From Octopus vulgaris (Eukaryota), in contig OX597819.1 in assembly GCA_951406725.2 (NCBI GenBank), forward strand, positions 100,874,001 to 100,938,000: a stretch of 64,000 bases of DNA. The letters are read 5' to 3'. Below, piece after piece: positions 25,835 to 40,751 of this stretch (positions are counted from its first letter, which is position 1; each line of letters starts with the position of its first letter). The position numbers and the translations under genes were made by a program. The notes below the pieces were generated by a model. That model worked only from the letters and a program-made list of their open reading frames with translations, was not told where the DNA came from and made no database searches.

Positions 25835-26790
25835 TTTTTTATCGGAGAGTGTGGGAGTGGGTGTAAGGGATGGGGTGGGTGTGGGGTGGTATGGATAAGG
25901 AAGGTGAGTTTGGATTGAGTAGGGACGGGGTTTCGAGGGAGAGGTGGCAATGAAGGGATAAGGGGAAGGGGGAAGATGGGTAGGAGTGAATAGAAGAGAG
26001 AAGGAGGGTAGGAATGAAGAGAAGTAGTAGTGGAAGCAAGAGAGGAGATGTGAAGGAAGTGGGTGTGAGAGAAAGAGAGTAGAGGGAAGGAGGGTTAGAT
26101 GAAGAGGGAAGGAGAGTTTAGCCCATGTGGCGCAAAGGAGCGAAGAGAGACGATTAATTCCTGTTCACGGCGAAGATGGGAGTCTCGATGGCCCCTGTGC
26201 AAAGAAAATCCGAACACAGACAGGTGTTGCAAAGAGTGACCGGTGGAGCGGAATGGACTGGAGTCGCCGGAAGGCTCGGAGAATAGTACGTTGGAGAGGT
26301 ATGGTGGTGGGGTGGTAGTTGAGGGGAAACAGGAGACGGCGGGGTGGGTGCGGGATGAAAGCTGATGCACGATCTACGGAAGGTGCTCTGGCAAGGGCGG
26401 TGTGGATAGTGGTGAGGGGATATCCACGCAGGATGAAGTGGCGAGACTGAATCTCAGTCATGGTGGTCACTACAGAGCCTGCGTAGACGGAGGAACTGGG
26501 AACAGGTGATGTAAAGCTTGGTGTGTTTAGGGTGGGAGGAGGAGAATTTGAGGTGTGAATGTGATTCGTTGTGTTTGTAGTGGATGGAGGTGGTGAGAGT
26601 GGAGTGATGAATGCTGACCGAAATGTCAAGAAAGGAGACAGAGGTGTCAGACATAGTGCAGGAGAAGTGGAGGGCAGGATGGAAATATTTGGCAAAAGAG
26701 AGGAAGGAGTCTAGATGTTCGCGGGAGAGTGAGCTGCACCAATAGAGTCGTCAATATAACGGCCATATAGTTCGGGAGTGGAACCAGTGC
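25835..26790 (-). mobile_element. PLE remnant: RT catalytic and thumb fragment joined to the endonuclease C-terminus
   Basis: PELYGRYIDDSIG (YIDD at 26747-26758), SVSFLDISV, TSIHYK, SSSHP, SQFLRLRRLCS, F..RGYP, then [33 protein letters not shown], closely related to the 6445 element. Confidence 0.92.
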
Positions 26791-26864
26791 AGTTGAATTA
26801 AGCACTTACGTTGAGGCACCAAATCAGTCCGGTATTGTACGCACAACTCGAAGTTAGTTGAATT

Positions 26865-27070
26865 AAAAGCAAATAAGTAAAAGGGATGTACAGATATTAG
26901 TGCATTACGGCTGTTTCAAGCGGCTCCATTTAATCGCTCAATTCAAAAATTACATCAATTTAAAATAAAGCTGTTTATTTGAAGTTGATGTAATGTTTGC
27001 ATTGATCAGTGCCGCTTGAAACGGCCGTAATAAATTGATATCTGGACACCCTTGTTACTTGTTTCCTTTA
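26865..27070. repeat. Degenerate ~200-bp palindrome with HHR-like remnants
   Basis: aagtaaaagggatgtacagatatt..ttacggctgtttcaagcggc mirrors gccgcttgaaacggccgtaa..gatatctggacacccttgttactt. Confidence 0.75.
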
Positions 27071-27189
27071 TATACAAACAAACAAACACACACACACATG
27101 TATATATATATATATACAGAGAGAGAGAGAGGAGAGAATGACACACACGAACATAGACACTAAATCGCATACATGTATCTATATAAGTC

Positions 27190-27780
27190 TTATGTTTCGT
27201 GCTAATATGTAATTTTTAGCTAAATAATGTTTTTTGCCTGCGAAGCACGTATGTTACTACTGAGATAACATCAATTTTAAAATTTATCCATAGATGATAT
27301 TAACAGTAGTGACATTTTATTTCAAATCTTAGTGCTTGAATATTGTGTTTATAAATATTTCTGCACCATGTGCTGTTTCTGGAGGAAAGAAAACCACTAC
27401 ACCAACGGAATATCACGTGACGGTCTGAAACTTTTACTATGTGGTGTACACTGAAGAAGCTCAAGGAAAAAATTTCCAAAAGCCGAAACCCGGGTATGTG
27501 GATGTCCTAAATTGCATAATCTTTCACAGTTGTGCTTTTGAATGTAATAATTCTTTCCTTTTCCTCTCATACTGTTATTTTTCTGTTATCTTGGTGCTTT
27601 ACGGTGGTTTAATTAATAATTTAGCTCTCATTTATACAAGTCGGTGCTTTTCTGCATCCTTACGCTTCGTACTAATTTGTAATTTATAGCTAAATAATGC
27701 TATTTGCCTGCAGACCACAGATGATATTAACAATAGTGACATCTTATTTCAAATCTTAGTGTTTGAATATTTTGTTTATA
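27190..27780 (+). mobile_element. Partial tandem (period ~470 bp) non-coding element with a canonical HHR, retrozyme or pLTR-like
   Basis: 27190-27352 recurs at 27660-27780; HHR lies between the two copies. Confidence 0.7.
27446..27501 (+). ncRNA. Type I hammerhead ribozyme, canonical core
   Basis: UACA-CUGAAGA-A-GCU(..)AGC-C-GAA-ACCCGGGU-A-UGUG: palindromic stem III, GUA cleavage triplet. Confidence 0.75.
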
Positions 27781-27844
27781 TCTCTCTCTATATATATATT
27801 TGTGTGTGTGTGTGTGTGGTGGGTGTCTGCGTCTGTGTGTGTGT

Positions 27845-28047
27845 GTGACCGCGTGTGTATCGTTGGCGATTTTCTTTATCCGTCTTCATTTCCTTGGATC
27901 TTTCCTTTTTCTATATTTCTGACGAAGAGCTCCGCTCGGAACGTTAAATCGTCTTTCTTCCTTTCCTTTCCTGAGCGTCCAATAACACTATACTTGTTCC
28001 ACGTCCTCGCGTTGTTGTGTTTTCTCTTTGTTCATGTTTGGATTCAC
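27845..28047 (+). mobile_element. PLE terminal remnant with HHR motif (27915-27949)
   Basis: attt-CTGACGA-a-GAGC(tcc)GCTC-GGAACGTT-aaat (GAAA mutated to GGAA), followed by a tttcctgagcgtc..ata tail like those of the 60899 and 63437 copies. Confidence 0.7.
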
Positions 28048-29136
28048 TATATAGATGTACACAAGCATATATACATATATATAAATATATATGTAAGTAT
28101 TATGTATGTATGTATGTATGCATAAATGTGTTTATATTATTTCGCATATTTTACACTCATTTCTTCCCGAACGAAGGAGAAACTAAAAATTATAATAAAT
28201 ATTCACCAACTGGCCACAATAATAAACATTTGCATGATACTTTCTCTACACAAGCCAAGAAATTTCATGTAAGAATCTCGTCAATATGTTAAACTATATT
28301 AAATGCTAGCTTTTGAAGGAACCAAATTTTAGTCTAAATCTTTACATGTCTAGATTCAATGCATCAAGTGAAAACGTATTCTTGAAAAGCCATATGAAAA
28401 AGCGGGAAGCTACTCAATCAGGTTCTACATGCATATTTTAAAATGCTTATCATAAATGTATACTTCCTCTGTATTTTATTATATCATTTAAGAATTTTCG
28501 GTCTCCGTTATCGTTTTCAAAGTTCCTTCCATTGTACTGTATAGTGTTATAAACAGACACGCCATATTGTTTATAAATTATCCAACGTGTATCAATCATT
28601 CCACCATTTTGGAGTATCATTTCGCTATCTCCTATTTTTTACTTCTTTTTCCGCCATGATATACTGTACGCTTTATACCGAAGATTTATAGTTTCAATTT
28701 CAGAGGGCGATCAATTACTTATGATGAAAATCTTTTTCCAGACAAATTCTGAACACACAAACACACGAGAAATTATGCACACATTGACACACAGAGAAAA
28801 ATATGCGTTATTCACACAGACACAGATGCACACAGCTCGCACCCATTTAAACACGTACTAGTAATCATACGCATATATACACGCACAGAAATGTATGTAA
28901 AAATCGCGTAGAAGTTGAAGTTAATTTATAGAGGACTAGAAAATCACAAACCTACATGCAAAACGCACACCAACACTCACGAGCAAATAATCTCGAATAT
29001 ATAGATATGCTTATATGTAAGAACGCACGTATATGTATATGCACACAGACTAAAACACAAGCTCACGCATACACATATTTCTATGCATCTACATAAATAC
29101 ATACATATGCATACGAATTCTATGTGGGTGGAGGTA

Positions 29137-29178
<42 letters not shown>

Positions 29179-29231
29179 TATATATATATACATACATTCG
29201 TGTATACGAATCTCTGTGAATTTGCATGTAA

Positions 29232-29288
<57 letters not shown>

Positions 29289-29489
29289 ATACCTGTGTGT
29301 GTATTTATATGTTTGTGTGTATGCTTGTGTGTGTGTGTGTAAACATAGGCTGCAAATGCATATGCATGAACACAAAAATACAGAGTAAGACGCATCCTAA
29401 CATAAAAACACACACACGACCGTAAGAAGAGTATATATATATATATATATGCAAATATATATAAAATATATAAACATATATATATATAC

Positions 29490-29541
<52 letters not shown>

Positions 29542-30082
29542 GCATGTGTGTGTGTATAGATATGTATATTTATGTATGTATGCGTAGATATATATATTCA
29601 GATTCATACATAAACATACGCATATGGTGCCGAACACGCGCATACCTTTACGCAGCTTTGCAAAGACGCGTGTGGATTAACATATATGATTTATTATCCA
29701 ATATAAACTCATGATTAAGTATTCATGAGGAAAATGTGGGAACATCTTTTTAAGACGAATATTTACATATATATACATATATACATGAATATAAAAGCAT
29801 TTAGATGTACACACATGCGTACGGACAATAGCATTGAGACGAGTACCCACTCGTAAACATAAACATACGTACATACACACATGATCAAATAATTATTCTG
29901 TATGTATATGTGAATATAGTTGTGCATATATACGTATGTGTAATTACGTATGTGTAATTACACAAATATACATATATTTAATAATACATATGCATGTTTT
30001 TTTCAAATAAACACATACGCCTAGGCGCATACACTAAGGCACATCTTACACGGTCATATGCACCTATAAATTTGCGTATGTA

Positions 30083-30124
<42 letters not shown>

Positions 30125-30585
30125 TATATACCTATAAATATGTTATATATATATATATACATATATATTGGCGTATACGATTATTTATATATAAACATAT
30201 AGATGCCTATATATATATTTAAATATACATATATACACTCCTATGCTCGCAGAGGCGGCACGAACTATACACACACACATAGTAAATATGTATAGATATA
30301 TTTCTTTCTAAGTAAACGTCTGTTTGCAGATATATGTGAGAAAAATGTGTAAATATGTCTTCAATGGAATTTAGTTTTATCACCATAAGCAGTATATTTG
30401 ACGGTGCCAGTATTCTATTTGAATTGGTCGATCTTATCAATAGAGAAATACGTCAAATGCCATGATCTTGAAATGCTTTCATTTTTTATTCATCACTTCA
30501 AAGTCGTTAAACCATACAGTACAATTTTATTTAAGAGATATAAACGGACAGACAGACGAGTTACATAGATGGAACTATACACACG

Positions 30586-30649
<64 letters not shown>

Positions 30650-30996
30650 CACTCGCGCACTCACAAACACCTGCACACAAACATACACACACATGCACAC
30701 GCAGGTACATATATGTGTGTGTTTGTGAGTAGGTGTGAATATATGTACTTCTAGAAGCATAAATATACGTTTTCATATATGTATTGTTATATAAGGAAGT
30801 ATGTTATGATATATATATATATATATATAGCACATACTCACACATATTTATATATATATATGTATATATAAAGAGAAGAGAGAGAGAAAGAGAGAGAGAG
30901 AAATTTTCATATGTGTGTATGTATTTTTATCTGTGTGTTTCTATGTACATACAAATGTATATGTACTACACACACAAACACAAACACAGGCATGTG

Positions 30997-31027
<31 letters not shown>

Positions 31028-31173
31028 ATATATATATATATATTTACAGAGAGAGATAGGTATAGATAGATACAAACATACATACATGCATGCATACATG
31101 CATACATACATATATACATACAAACATACTTACACACACACATACATACATACATACATACATACATACATAC

Positions 31174-31204
<31 letters not shown>

Positions 31205-31783
31205 CATGCACGCATGCATACATATATTTGTATTTTTGTGTCGGTACATGTGTCTGTACATATGTTTGTATTAATGTGTATATATATGTACGGAGCAGGA
31301 ACAGAATAAAAAAAAATATTGTTGTACTCTATAAAATATATTTTCAAAACATCTTAAACAAAATATGAAACACTAAGACGATAATTAATTGCATTTGATT
31401 TTGAAGTGTTACTTGTGTGAGTAAAATATTGATATTATTATTATTTTCAATTAATAATCCTTTTAGCGAAAGTCAAATGGCCTGAAATTTTGTTGGAAAC
31501 GATTTTCGTCTATATCATCGACGCCAGATTTGTAATATTAATTTCTATCTCCTCTGAAATGATGGGAGGTGGAGTTGACCGGAATTTGAACTTAGAATGT
31601 AAAACCGGAACAAGTGCCACTAAGCCTTTTGTCTGGCATGCTAAAGATCTTACCATCTCGCTTGCATTTGGATTCATATTTTCACGCAAGAACAATCTTA
31701 ACGACTGCGAAATGCTGAAAGTCAAACCTGGCCGTGGTTGCATTTCAACGCAAAATATTAATAATAATAATAACAATAATAAC

Positions 31784-31814
<31 letters not shown>

Positions 31815-31815
<1 letters not shown>

Positions 31816-31905
31816 CCTTATCAGACGGGTAGTCATGATGGGTATACAGGACTTCGTATATTTTACCCCAGTGTCACTTTGATGGCATGAACTGCCCTCT
31901 CACTC
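31815..31905 (+). mobile_element. Short 3' end of the (TAA)n-associated repeat family
   Basis: Reverse complement of 34843-34930; ends ctctcactc followed by (AAT)n; (AAT)n on both flanks. Confidence 0.85.
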
Positions 31906-31934
31906 AATAATAATAATAATAGTAATAATGATGA

Positions 31935-31975
<41 letters not shown>

Positions 31976-31996
31976 ATAATAGTGATGATGATGATG

Positions 31997-32092
<96 letters not shown>

Positions 32093-32093
32093 T

Positions 32094-32124
<31 letters not shown>

Positions 32125-32535
32125 TTATATTATTACTTTTATTGTATTTTTGTTGTTATTTCAATGCACAGTTTAGATATACATATGGTAGGGGACGTGC
32201 TAAAAAAATGGCAGTGATTATCAATACATAACAAAATACTTAGATAGTAAGTACATTTCTAAGGATATAAGAACGTTTTTTTTTATGTTTTTATCTTCGG
32301 ACTTTCCAGGAACCATGATGCTACTAGGCAACCTTCACCTTTTTGATAATTCTTCATTCATATTTCTTCTTTTTAATATCCGAATTGCAATGTTGAATAT
32401 GAATCACTCTCTTAGTTTTTATATAATGTAAAATGCATATCTTTTTGAGCCCTCATTATGCAGCCTACTATGGCCAAAATTTTGAACTCGTTGATTATTA
32501 TTATTACTACTATTATTATTATTATTATTATTATT

Positions 32536-33071
32536 GAGTGAGAGAGCAGTTCATGCCATCAAAGTGACGAAGCCCAATATACCCATCATGACTACCCGTC
32601 TGATAAGGGTACACCAGGCACATGCATCACAACCATATGTGCGTGACATCGTGATCTCATATCAAGATAAACAGCACATAACCTTGCAGGTGGGGCCCAG
32701 TTAGAATTTTCTTCAGGTTGAGTAGCCCATCCTGCTCAAAAGGTCACTGATCAAGGATGTTTAAGGATGTTGAAAGAACCACCCATGTTTCCACAGGCGA
32801 ATTATTCAAACCCCAAAGAATCCCTCTCAACACATGGCTATGATGCTCCTCCACTACTTCTGCTCGTGATCAGAGATGCACATATCGTCAGCCACTAAGG
32901 GACATGCTCAACTGGTTAAAGTCAAACAACTGACAAACAAATCCGTGGTATTGAGCAGAATATTTGCTGTAGCCCATCTTTTATACCAAGACAAAACAAT
33001 GTACATGATAACACTTCCAATCAGTTAAGATCAGAAGCCATTAGAGCCACTGCCTGGTACTGCATCAGGGC
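32536..33071 (-). mobile_element. (TAA)n-associated non-coding retro-sequence, probably an R4/Dong-type 3' UTR
   Basis: Highly similar to 34843-35305; (TTA)n on both flanks; all copies share the same 3' end. Confidence 0.75.
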
Positions 33072-33500
<429 letters not shown>

Positions 33501-34437
33501 TACTACATGTTTGACTTTTGCATTGTATTTGTACAAATTGATCCAAGTATCACGCAGAGACATCAAAAGACAAATTTCAAATTTCAAATTGGTGTTATGA
33601 GTAGGATGTCATATCTTTGGTTGTGCACAACATAAGTAAATTAGAAGTTTATTTTAAAAGTAGTTTGATTATAAGATGATAGTCTGATGTAACGATGACA
33701 GCAAAATTTGTTTACTGTTATGTAACATTTAAAACTACGTGTTTGCGAACTGAAATATTTTTAGGATTACATAGACAATATTTTATGTAGGATACATAAA
33801 TGTTTTGATTTTTTAAATTTCCTGGTATCTGCGCTAGGTAGCAATCTACCACTTTCCTATCATTCCTAATGCACCTATGGCAACTGGTATTGTTTTAGTC
33901 TTGAGGTTTCACGTTTTGCCAGTTTCTATTTCAAGATATTTATAATTGCTTAGTTTTTGGTAGGCCTTGACACACATTTTTGTCGATTGGGACAGTCATA
34001 TCGATAAGGAGGAATGATTATTGTCTGAAGTCCTTCAATCTAATGTCTGGCCTATTTGCATCTATCTTTCTGTCAGTTTGAATGGGGAAGCTCCAAAGGA
34101 GTGATATGTGGTCGTTTTCAAGCACTGGTGGTAGTTTGTGTTCCCACTAGTTTTTATCATGGGTTAAGTCCAATTATTTGAAAATTACCCAGTGAATATA
34201 CTGGGCTGCTCTATCATGCCAGTTGACATACACTGTAGGTGCAAGAAGACTGCACACGGAGACACCATGATCAAAAGTTTCATTTTATTGATTCCATACA
34301 CATGTTGTGCTACTGCCGTTCTTTAAGATGCTGGCCTGGTAGATCCTTGTATGTAGGCATTGATCTTGGACTGCTATGATAGACGCTTCTGTCTCACATT
34401 TTAAACTAGAAGACACTATCTATTGATGGGTAAGGGC
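33501..34437 (-). mobile_element. 5'-truncated R4/Dong-clade non-LTR retrotransposon (zinc knuckle and RLE pseudogene)
   Basis: LKCETEASIIAVQDQCLHTRIYQ..ETFDH..VCSLLAP..HDRAAQYIHW..LLWSFPIQTDRKIDANRPDI..LLIDMTVP..K..YKYLEIE..IPVAIGALG; (TAA)n on both flanks. Confidence 0.9.
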
Positions 34438-34477
<40 letters not shown>

Positions 34478-34526
34478 CATCATCATCATCATCATCATCA
34501 TTAATATTATTATTATTATTATCATT

Positions 34527-34633
<107 letters not shown>

Positions 34634-34634
34634 C

Positions 34635-34714
<80 letters not shown>

Positions 34715-34725
34715 TAGTATTAGTA

Positions 34726-34822
<97 letters not shown>

Positions 34823-34842
34823 GTTATTATTATTATTATCAT

Positions 34843-35304
34843 TGAGTGAGAGAGCAGTTCATGCCATCAAAGTGACACTGGGGTAAAATATACGAAGCCC
34901 AATATACCCATCATGACTACCCGTCTGATAAAGGTACACCAGGCACATGCATCACAACCATATGTGCGCGACATGGTAATCTCATATCAAGATAAACAGC
35001 ACATGACCTTGCAAGTGGGGCCCAGTTAGAATTTTCTTCAGGTTGAGTAGCCCATCCCGCTCAAACGGTCCCTGAATAAGGGTTGTTTAAGGATGTTGAA
35101 AGAACCACCCATGTTTCCAGAGGTGAACTATTCAAACCCCAAAGAATCCCTCTCAACACATGGCTATGATGCTCCCCCACTACTTCTGCTCGTGATCAGA
35201 GATGCACATATCGTCAGCCACTAAGGGACATGCTCAACTGGTTAAGGTCAAACAACTGACAAGCAAATCTGTGGTATTGAGCAGAATATTTGCTGTAGCC
35301 CATC

Positions 35305-35305
<1 letters not shown>
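34843..35305 (-). mobile_element. Second copy of the (TAA)n-associated element
   Basis: Aligns with 32536-32980; (TTA)n on both flanks. Confidence 0.8.
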
Positions 35306-35393
<88 letters not shown>

Positions 35394-35654
35394 TAACAGA
35401 AATATTTCAGTACATGTCTTTACATGTTGCTGTGGCGGTGTATGGCGGGGAAGATATTTTTTCTATATAAAGATACTCCATATACGAAAAAAACCTTTCA
35501 TTTTTCTGAGATGGTTCATATTACGAGATAGTTTCTTTTCATTGTTTTTGCAGATTCATAATTCTTGGTTCATGATGTTTTCAGATTTGATCTATCTTCC
35601 CAGCCGCACGCTGTCACAAGTCCATGCTATGTGGTATTCGGTGCGGTACTGTGC

Positions 35655-35731
<77 letters not shown>

Positions 35732-36769
35732 GATTATGATTATTATGATTATTATTATATTTATACCTTCAATATTTGCTTCGCATGATAACACTCTACA
35801 CACACACTCTTATATATGTTTGTGTGTGTGTATCATGTGTACCGTCCCCTAAATAGCATTCTTAAATATTAGTGATGTATTATTCATAAATGAAATATTA
35901 TCTGGATAATTAATATTTCACATGCATCTAGTAATAATTAAAAATGCCTCGTAGAATTTACTACATGCAAAAAAGTATTTATTCGGGAAAATACGCCTAC
36001 TACGTTTCGCATCAAACTAAGTAATAATAGCACTATATAAATTTCCCAAAAATTAAATCCTAATCTGTAACCTAAATATGGATTGACGTCCTGGTTGAAG
36101 TTGTATTACTGCATTTTTGTGTATATGCGCCTGTGCGTGTGCCTATGTGTTTGTAAGTGACTGTGTTTGTGAGCCTCTGTGGGTGTTCTGGTGGGTGTAA
36201 GTAACGAGCAAGAAAGTGAATAATCAACGCTTCATTGGTAGATGGATAGTTTCTTGTCTTTATTGAGGGATGCTAATAAGACTCCATTGGTTTCCTGGGA
36301 ATAAATTTGCAATTATTCAATCGTTGTTTTAATTAGCTCAGCCCATTTGAAAGACAGGAAACAAGGTTTCAATAGCAACCTCGTATGAGCCGATGACAGA
36401 AAGACAAAGTGTCTCATTAGGTGCATAAAGGGAAGTGATCATTCAAGAATTATAACATTGACAATTTCAACATTGTCATACAATGAGGCATCATTTATAA
36501 GTATAAGCGTGTTAGTGTATAACTGATATTGTGGATACACACATAGAAACATAGTCAAAACTACCAATCCATCTCACTGAAATATAAACAGAACCACTTA
36601 ACAAACACACTAGATACGCATGATCCAGTTACGATCTATAAACCATGACCAAGAGGGCAGCAAGTGAACAAACGGCTACAAAAATACCATAATATAAATA
36701 TGGTATTTTACCAACATGTTTGTGTGCAAGCGCACATATTCCTAAAAATATTCTAAGTTATTATACCAG

Positions 36770-37900
36770 TTATGAATTTTAAAGAGAAAATTTCCTAAGA
36801 GTATAAGAGGTAAATTAGGACAGAAAGAAAAATCAAATGCAGAGAATATTATGAAAATAATTATTACATATATACATAAGATGTTCCGCTTTTAAGATAC
36901 CCCGCTTCATTATAAAGCATCAAAGACCGAGTTGCAGCAATTAAATAGAACTAGAAAGCAACCCACTCTGAAAGTAATATCGATAGGTTCTACTTATCAG
37001 TAGGAGGGAAGAAGATAGTTAAACGCAGTTCATACTTTAAACACTATGAGTATGGAAATCTATGTTGGACGTAGCAAAGTAAGACTATTATTGGCGGCTA
37101 GAAATATCCGAAAATGTACTGAAATAATACAGTCTTTCAGCGGAGTAGAACGGAATAAAGTACAACAGCATAAATAGCTGGGCAGAGATAGAACTAGATG
37201 GACAATAAAAAATTAAATGTTTTGAAAGTAAAGATAATATGTTGTGACTGACGGATTTAAAACTGCGAAACTGCGTTGCACATAATAGCCGCTTAGGAAT
37301 AAGCCATTAGAAATCATCTGATAAAAATATTGATAAACTTCAGCCAGACTGTAAACGCAGAATCCGTGGGGAAGGAGAGGAAAGTGATAACATTTTAAGT
37401 TACTATAGTAAGCTAGCGCAAAAAGAGTAAAAGCAGAGGAATAACTTTTATGTAGAAGAGTAAGTGAGGATAATAGTCGATTGTATATATTCCATATAGC
37501 AAGAAAATGCTATGAGAGGATGTCAGAGGATTTAACGGAGGATGAGAAGAGAATTTTATGGGTTTTACCCGAAAACTTACCATACTGTTGAAGCAAGAAA
37601 ACCAGATAAGATTGAAAGGTTGGTAATGCTACAGCTTTTGCAGTACCATACGATAATAGAATGGATATTGAATAAATTGAGAAAAAACGAGAAATATCAG
37701 AACCGAGCTAGAGAGATGAAGAAAATGTAGAAGTCTTAAGATAAAAGTAATTTCTATAGTACTTGGTGCACATGGTACCTCACAGAAGCCGGTAGTTGAG
37801 ATACTAAATATTATTGGATTTGAGAGTTGAAAGTGCAATCCTGTATTCTGCAAGTATACAAAAACAAACAAAGAAAAATAGACTCTTAGGATTTAAGTTG
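36770..37900 (+). mobile_element. Old, heavily decayed R4/Dong-type LINE
   Basis: Fragments VPLLRY, HSESNIDRFYL, HTVEARKPD, FAVPYD, EKYQNRAREMKKM, IKVISIVLGAHG and KSAILYSA occur in the expected order. Confidence 0.65.
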
Positions 37901-38394
37901 ACCTGTTTTCACTAACACACAGGAATACATCCCCACAAATTAATGTAGCATGTAATCGCTTTAATGACAACAATATTTTATGGTTCATAATCTATCTACG
38001 CTTAGGTTACATTTGTTAAAATGGCGCTGGTTAACGTAGGCATACAATTACAAGGGAGATAAGCGATACTATAGTTCCTGAATACTTGTTTCCTTTTGCT
38101 CCGTTAATTACCTCTTTTGTGTTTGTGGCGCTTGTTGCCGTAAGAAATCGCGCTTGAAATCTTGATCACATTCAACCAAACAAAATGGTTGAACTACGTG
38201 CGTGATTGAATAATTGTGAATTCATCTGTATGGAACCATTGGTATCGAAGTAACAACATTTAAATTTTAATGCAAATATCATACACACTGACATGTACAT
38301 ATTCATACACGTACGAGCTTGGTGACTCAAAGACAGTTTCTCATGCAGCATAGGACGACCCCCCCCACACACAAAGACATACACAAACACACAC

Positions 38395-38449
<55 letters not shown>

Positions 38450-38597
38450 CGCACACACATGTGAGCACACAAACACAGAACAGTCGCACGAACATATGGA
38501 GGAAAAAAATAAATAGGAAATGATAAAACCATTACTGTTTCCCTTCGCCCCCAAACTACTGCTACTACTACTAATAATAATAATAATAATAATAACG

Positions 38598-38667
<70 letters not shown>

Positions 38668-38929
38668 TAATAATAATATTAATAAATAAAAATAATAATA
38701 ATAATAATAATGATAAAAATAATAATAATAGTAATAATAGTAATGATAATAAAAATAATGATGATGATGATAGTAATAGTATCATAAAGAACAATAACAA
38801 AAATAATCATCTGAGCGAAAAGGAAAGAGATATTTAGGGAACTTCCGACAACATAGTTTAAATTCTTTAATCCTTAATAGTGATCTATCTGTCTTAATAT
38901 CTTCTATTTTCCTTACTTCCTTTTATGTA

Positions 38930-38963
<34 letters not shown>

Positions 38964-39471
38964 GTTATTGTTGTTGTTATTGTTGTTGTTGCTATCTTTG
39001 TTTTTGCTTTTACTGTTATTGAAGCTGTTGTTTTTGTTGTGGTTTTTGTATCTTTAAAAATATTATTGTTGTTGTTGTTGTTATTCTTATTGTTGTTATT
39101 ACTACTATAATTATTGTTATTTTATATTTATCTTTTTATTTATTATCTTATATTTCTCTGTTTTTTCTTCTTCTTATAAAATCTCCAATGTTGGATTTGT
39201 CTTCCTTTCAATTTTAAAACGAAATAGATTTAAAACTTATGCTTTTTATTTTAATTTAATTTTATTCGCAGTTGTTTTTATTTATTATTGGCAATGTTTT
39301 TTTTCTTTTTTTTTTACGTATTCAATAGGAATATTGAGATATGTCTAATCAGACTGTTTATAATTAGTCTTTTTTATATTCTGCAAAAGAACGAGCTAGA
39401 GCTGTATGGTCTGTATGTGTATACACACATATACGCACTTATACACACATACAAATATACAGACATATATA

Positions 39472-39523
<52 letters not shown>

Positions 39524-40751
39524 TATTTATATATATATATATGGAGAGAGACATAGACAAGGGAGAGAGATGGCGCTGTGGAAGAACCAACAAACAAACA
39601 CAGGAAGATGGGGAAGAGAAATGGGGAGGGAGAGAGAGAGTGGATGGAGAATAATATAAAGGAAAATACTAGCTAAAATGCCAAAATGTCCAAAATTGTA
39701 AGCCAGGAGACATATCTTAATTATTCCGTCTATGATTACTACTATTTATTCTCTGCTATACCAGATCATGAATCATATCAAATTTAGAAGCTTTCTTTGT
39801 TTTCTAACATCTTGTTTAAAAAAGCATTGATTTATTTACATATTTTCTATTGAAAACAAATGACTTAAATCTTATTAGAGAAAATAGCAATTTTCTTCGT
39901 TTTGTGACTGCATTTAAATCTCTACAACTACTCAATACTTCAAAAATACTAAGAAAGGATCGATAAATCATTCCACATGCATGACAAAATAAGAACGATG
40001 TCTATGTAGAGCAAATATCAAATGTATATATGCGATTTTTTTGAATGCTCAATTTTCTTACTGGTGGGCCCAAGAATACCAGAAATTCATGTAAGTTTAT
40101 TTTCAATGTATTTGCGTATACGACTTATAGCATACATACTAGTGCAGACATGTAAAATATTATAAACTAAAATATACTGCTTTTCATAACATCGACTGCA
40201 GTGCGACCAAATTTTGTTCATATTCTAGGGAAGTCGCTACTAGTTACATTTGATGTATTTTTTGAACAGTCAAGTGTCAGTTTGCTCGGTAAGAAATAAT
40301 GCATGTTAGATTTCGCAGATCTAGCATCATATTAAGCCTCTGAACTTTTGAGCCCACTTTCGTACGATTGCTAATTACTCTGAGGCAAATACAATGAATT
40401 ATAATTTCCAGCAATATAGCAAAGTAACAAGAGTCTACTTGGCCACAAGATTCTTAATCACACTCCAAAGTTCTATCAAACATTAATCAAGCTTCACTTC
40501 AGAGAATTGCTATCAGATATAAAAATCTCTGCTTCTTCGTATCCCACATTTAATCAAGTATAGATTAACCTAATCATATTGGTTCCAAACTTTGGCGAAA
40601 GGTGCTCAACTGGTACTTATTTTATTGACCTCGAGAGGATGAAAGTCAAAAATCGACCTTGGTTCGTAACTGTAAACAATTTAAATATTTAGCACTCATA
40701 TTAATACCCATGTGCCAGGAGGCACACCCGCCTACTGATACATATATACAT

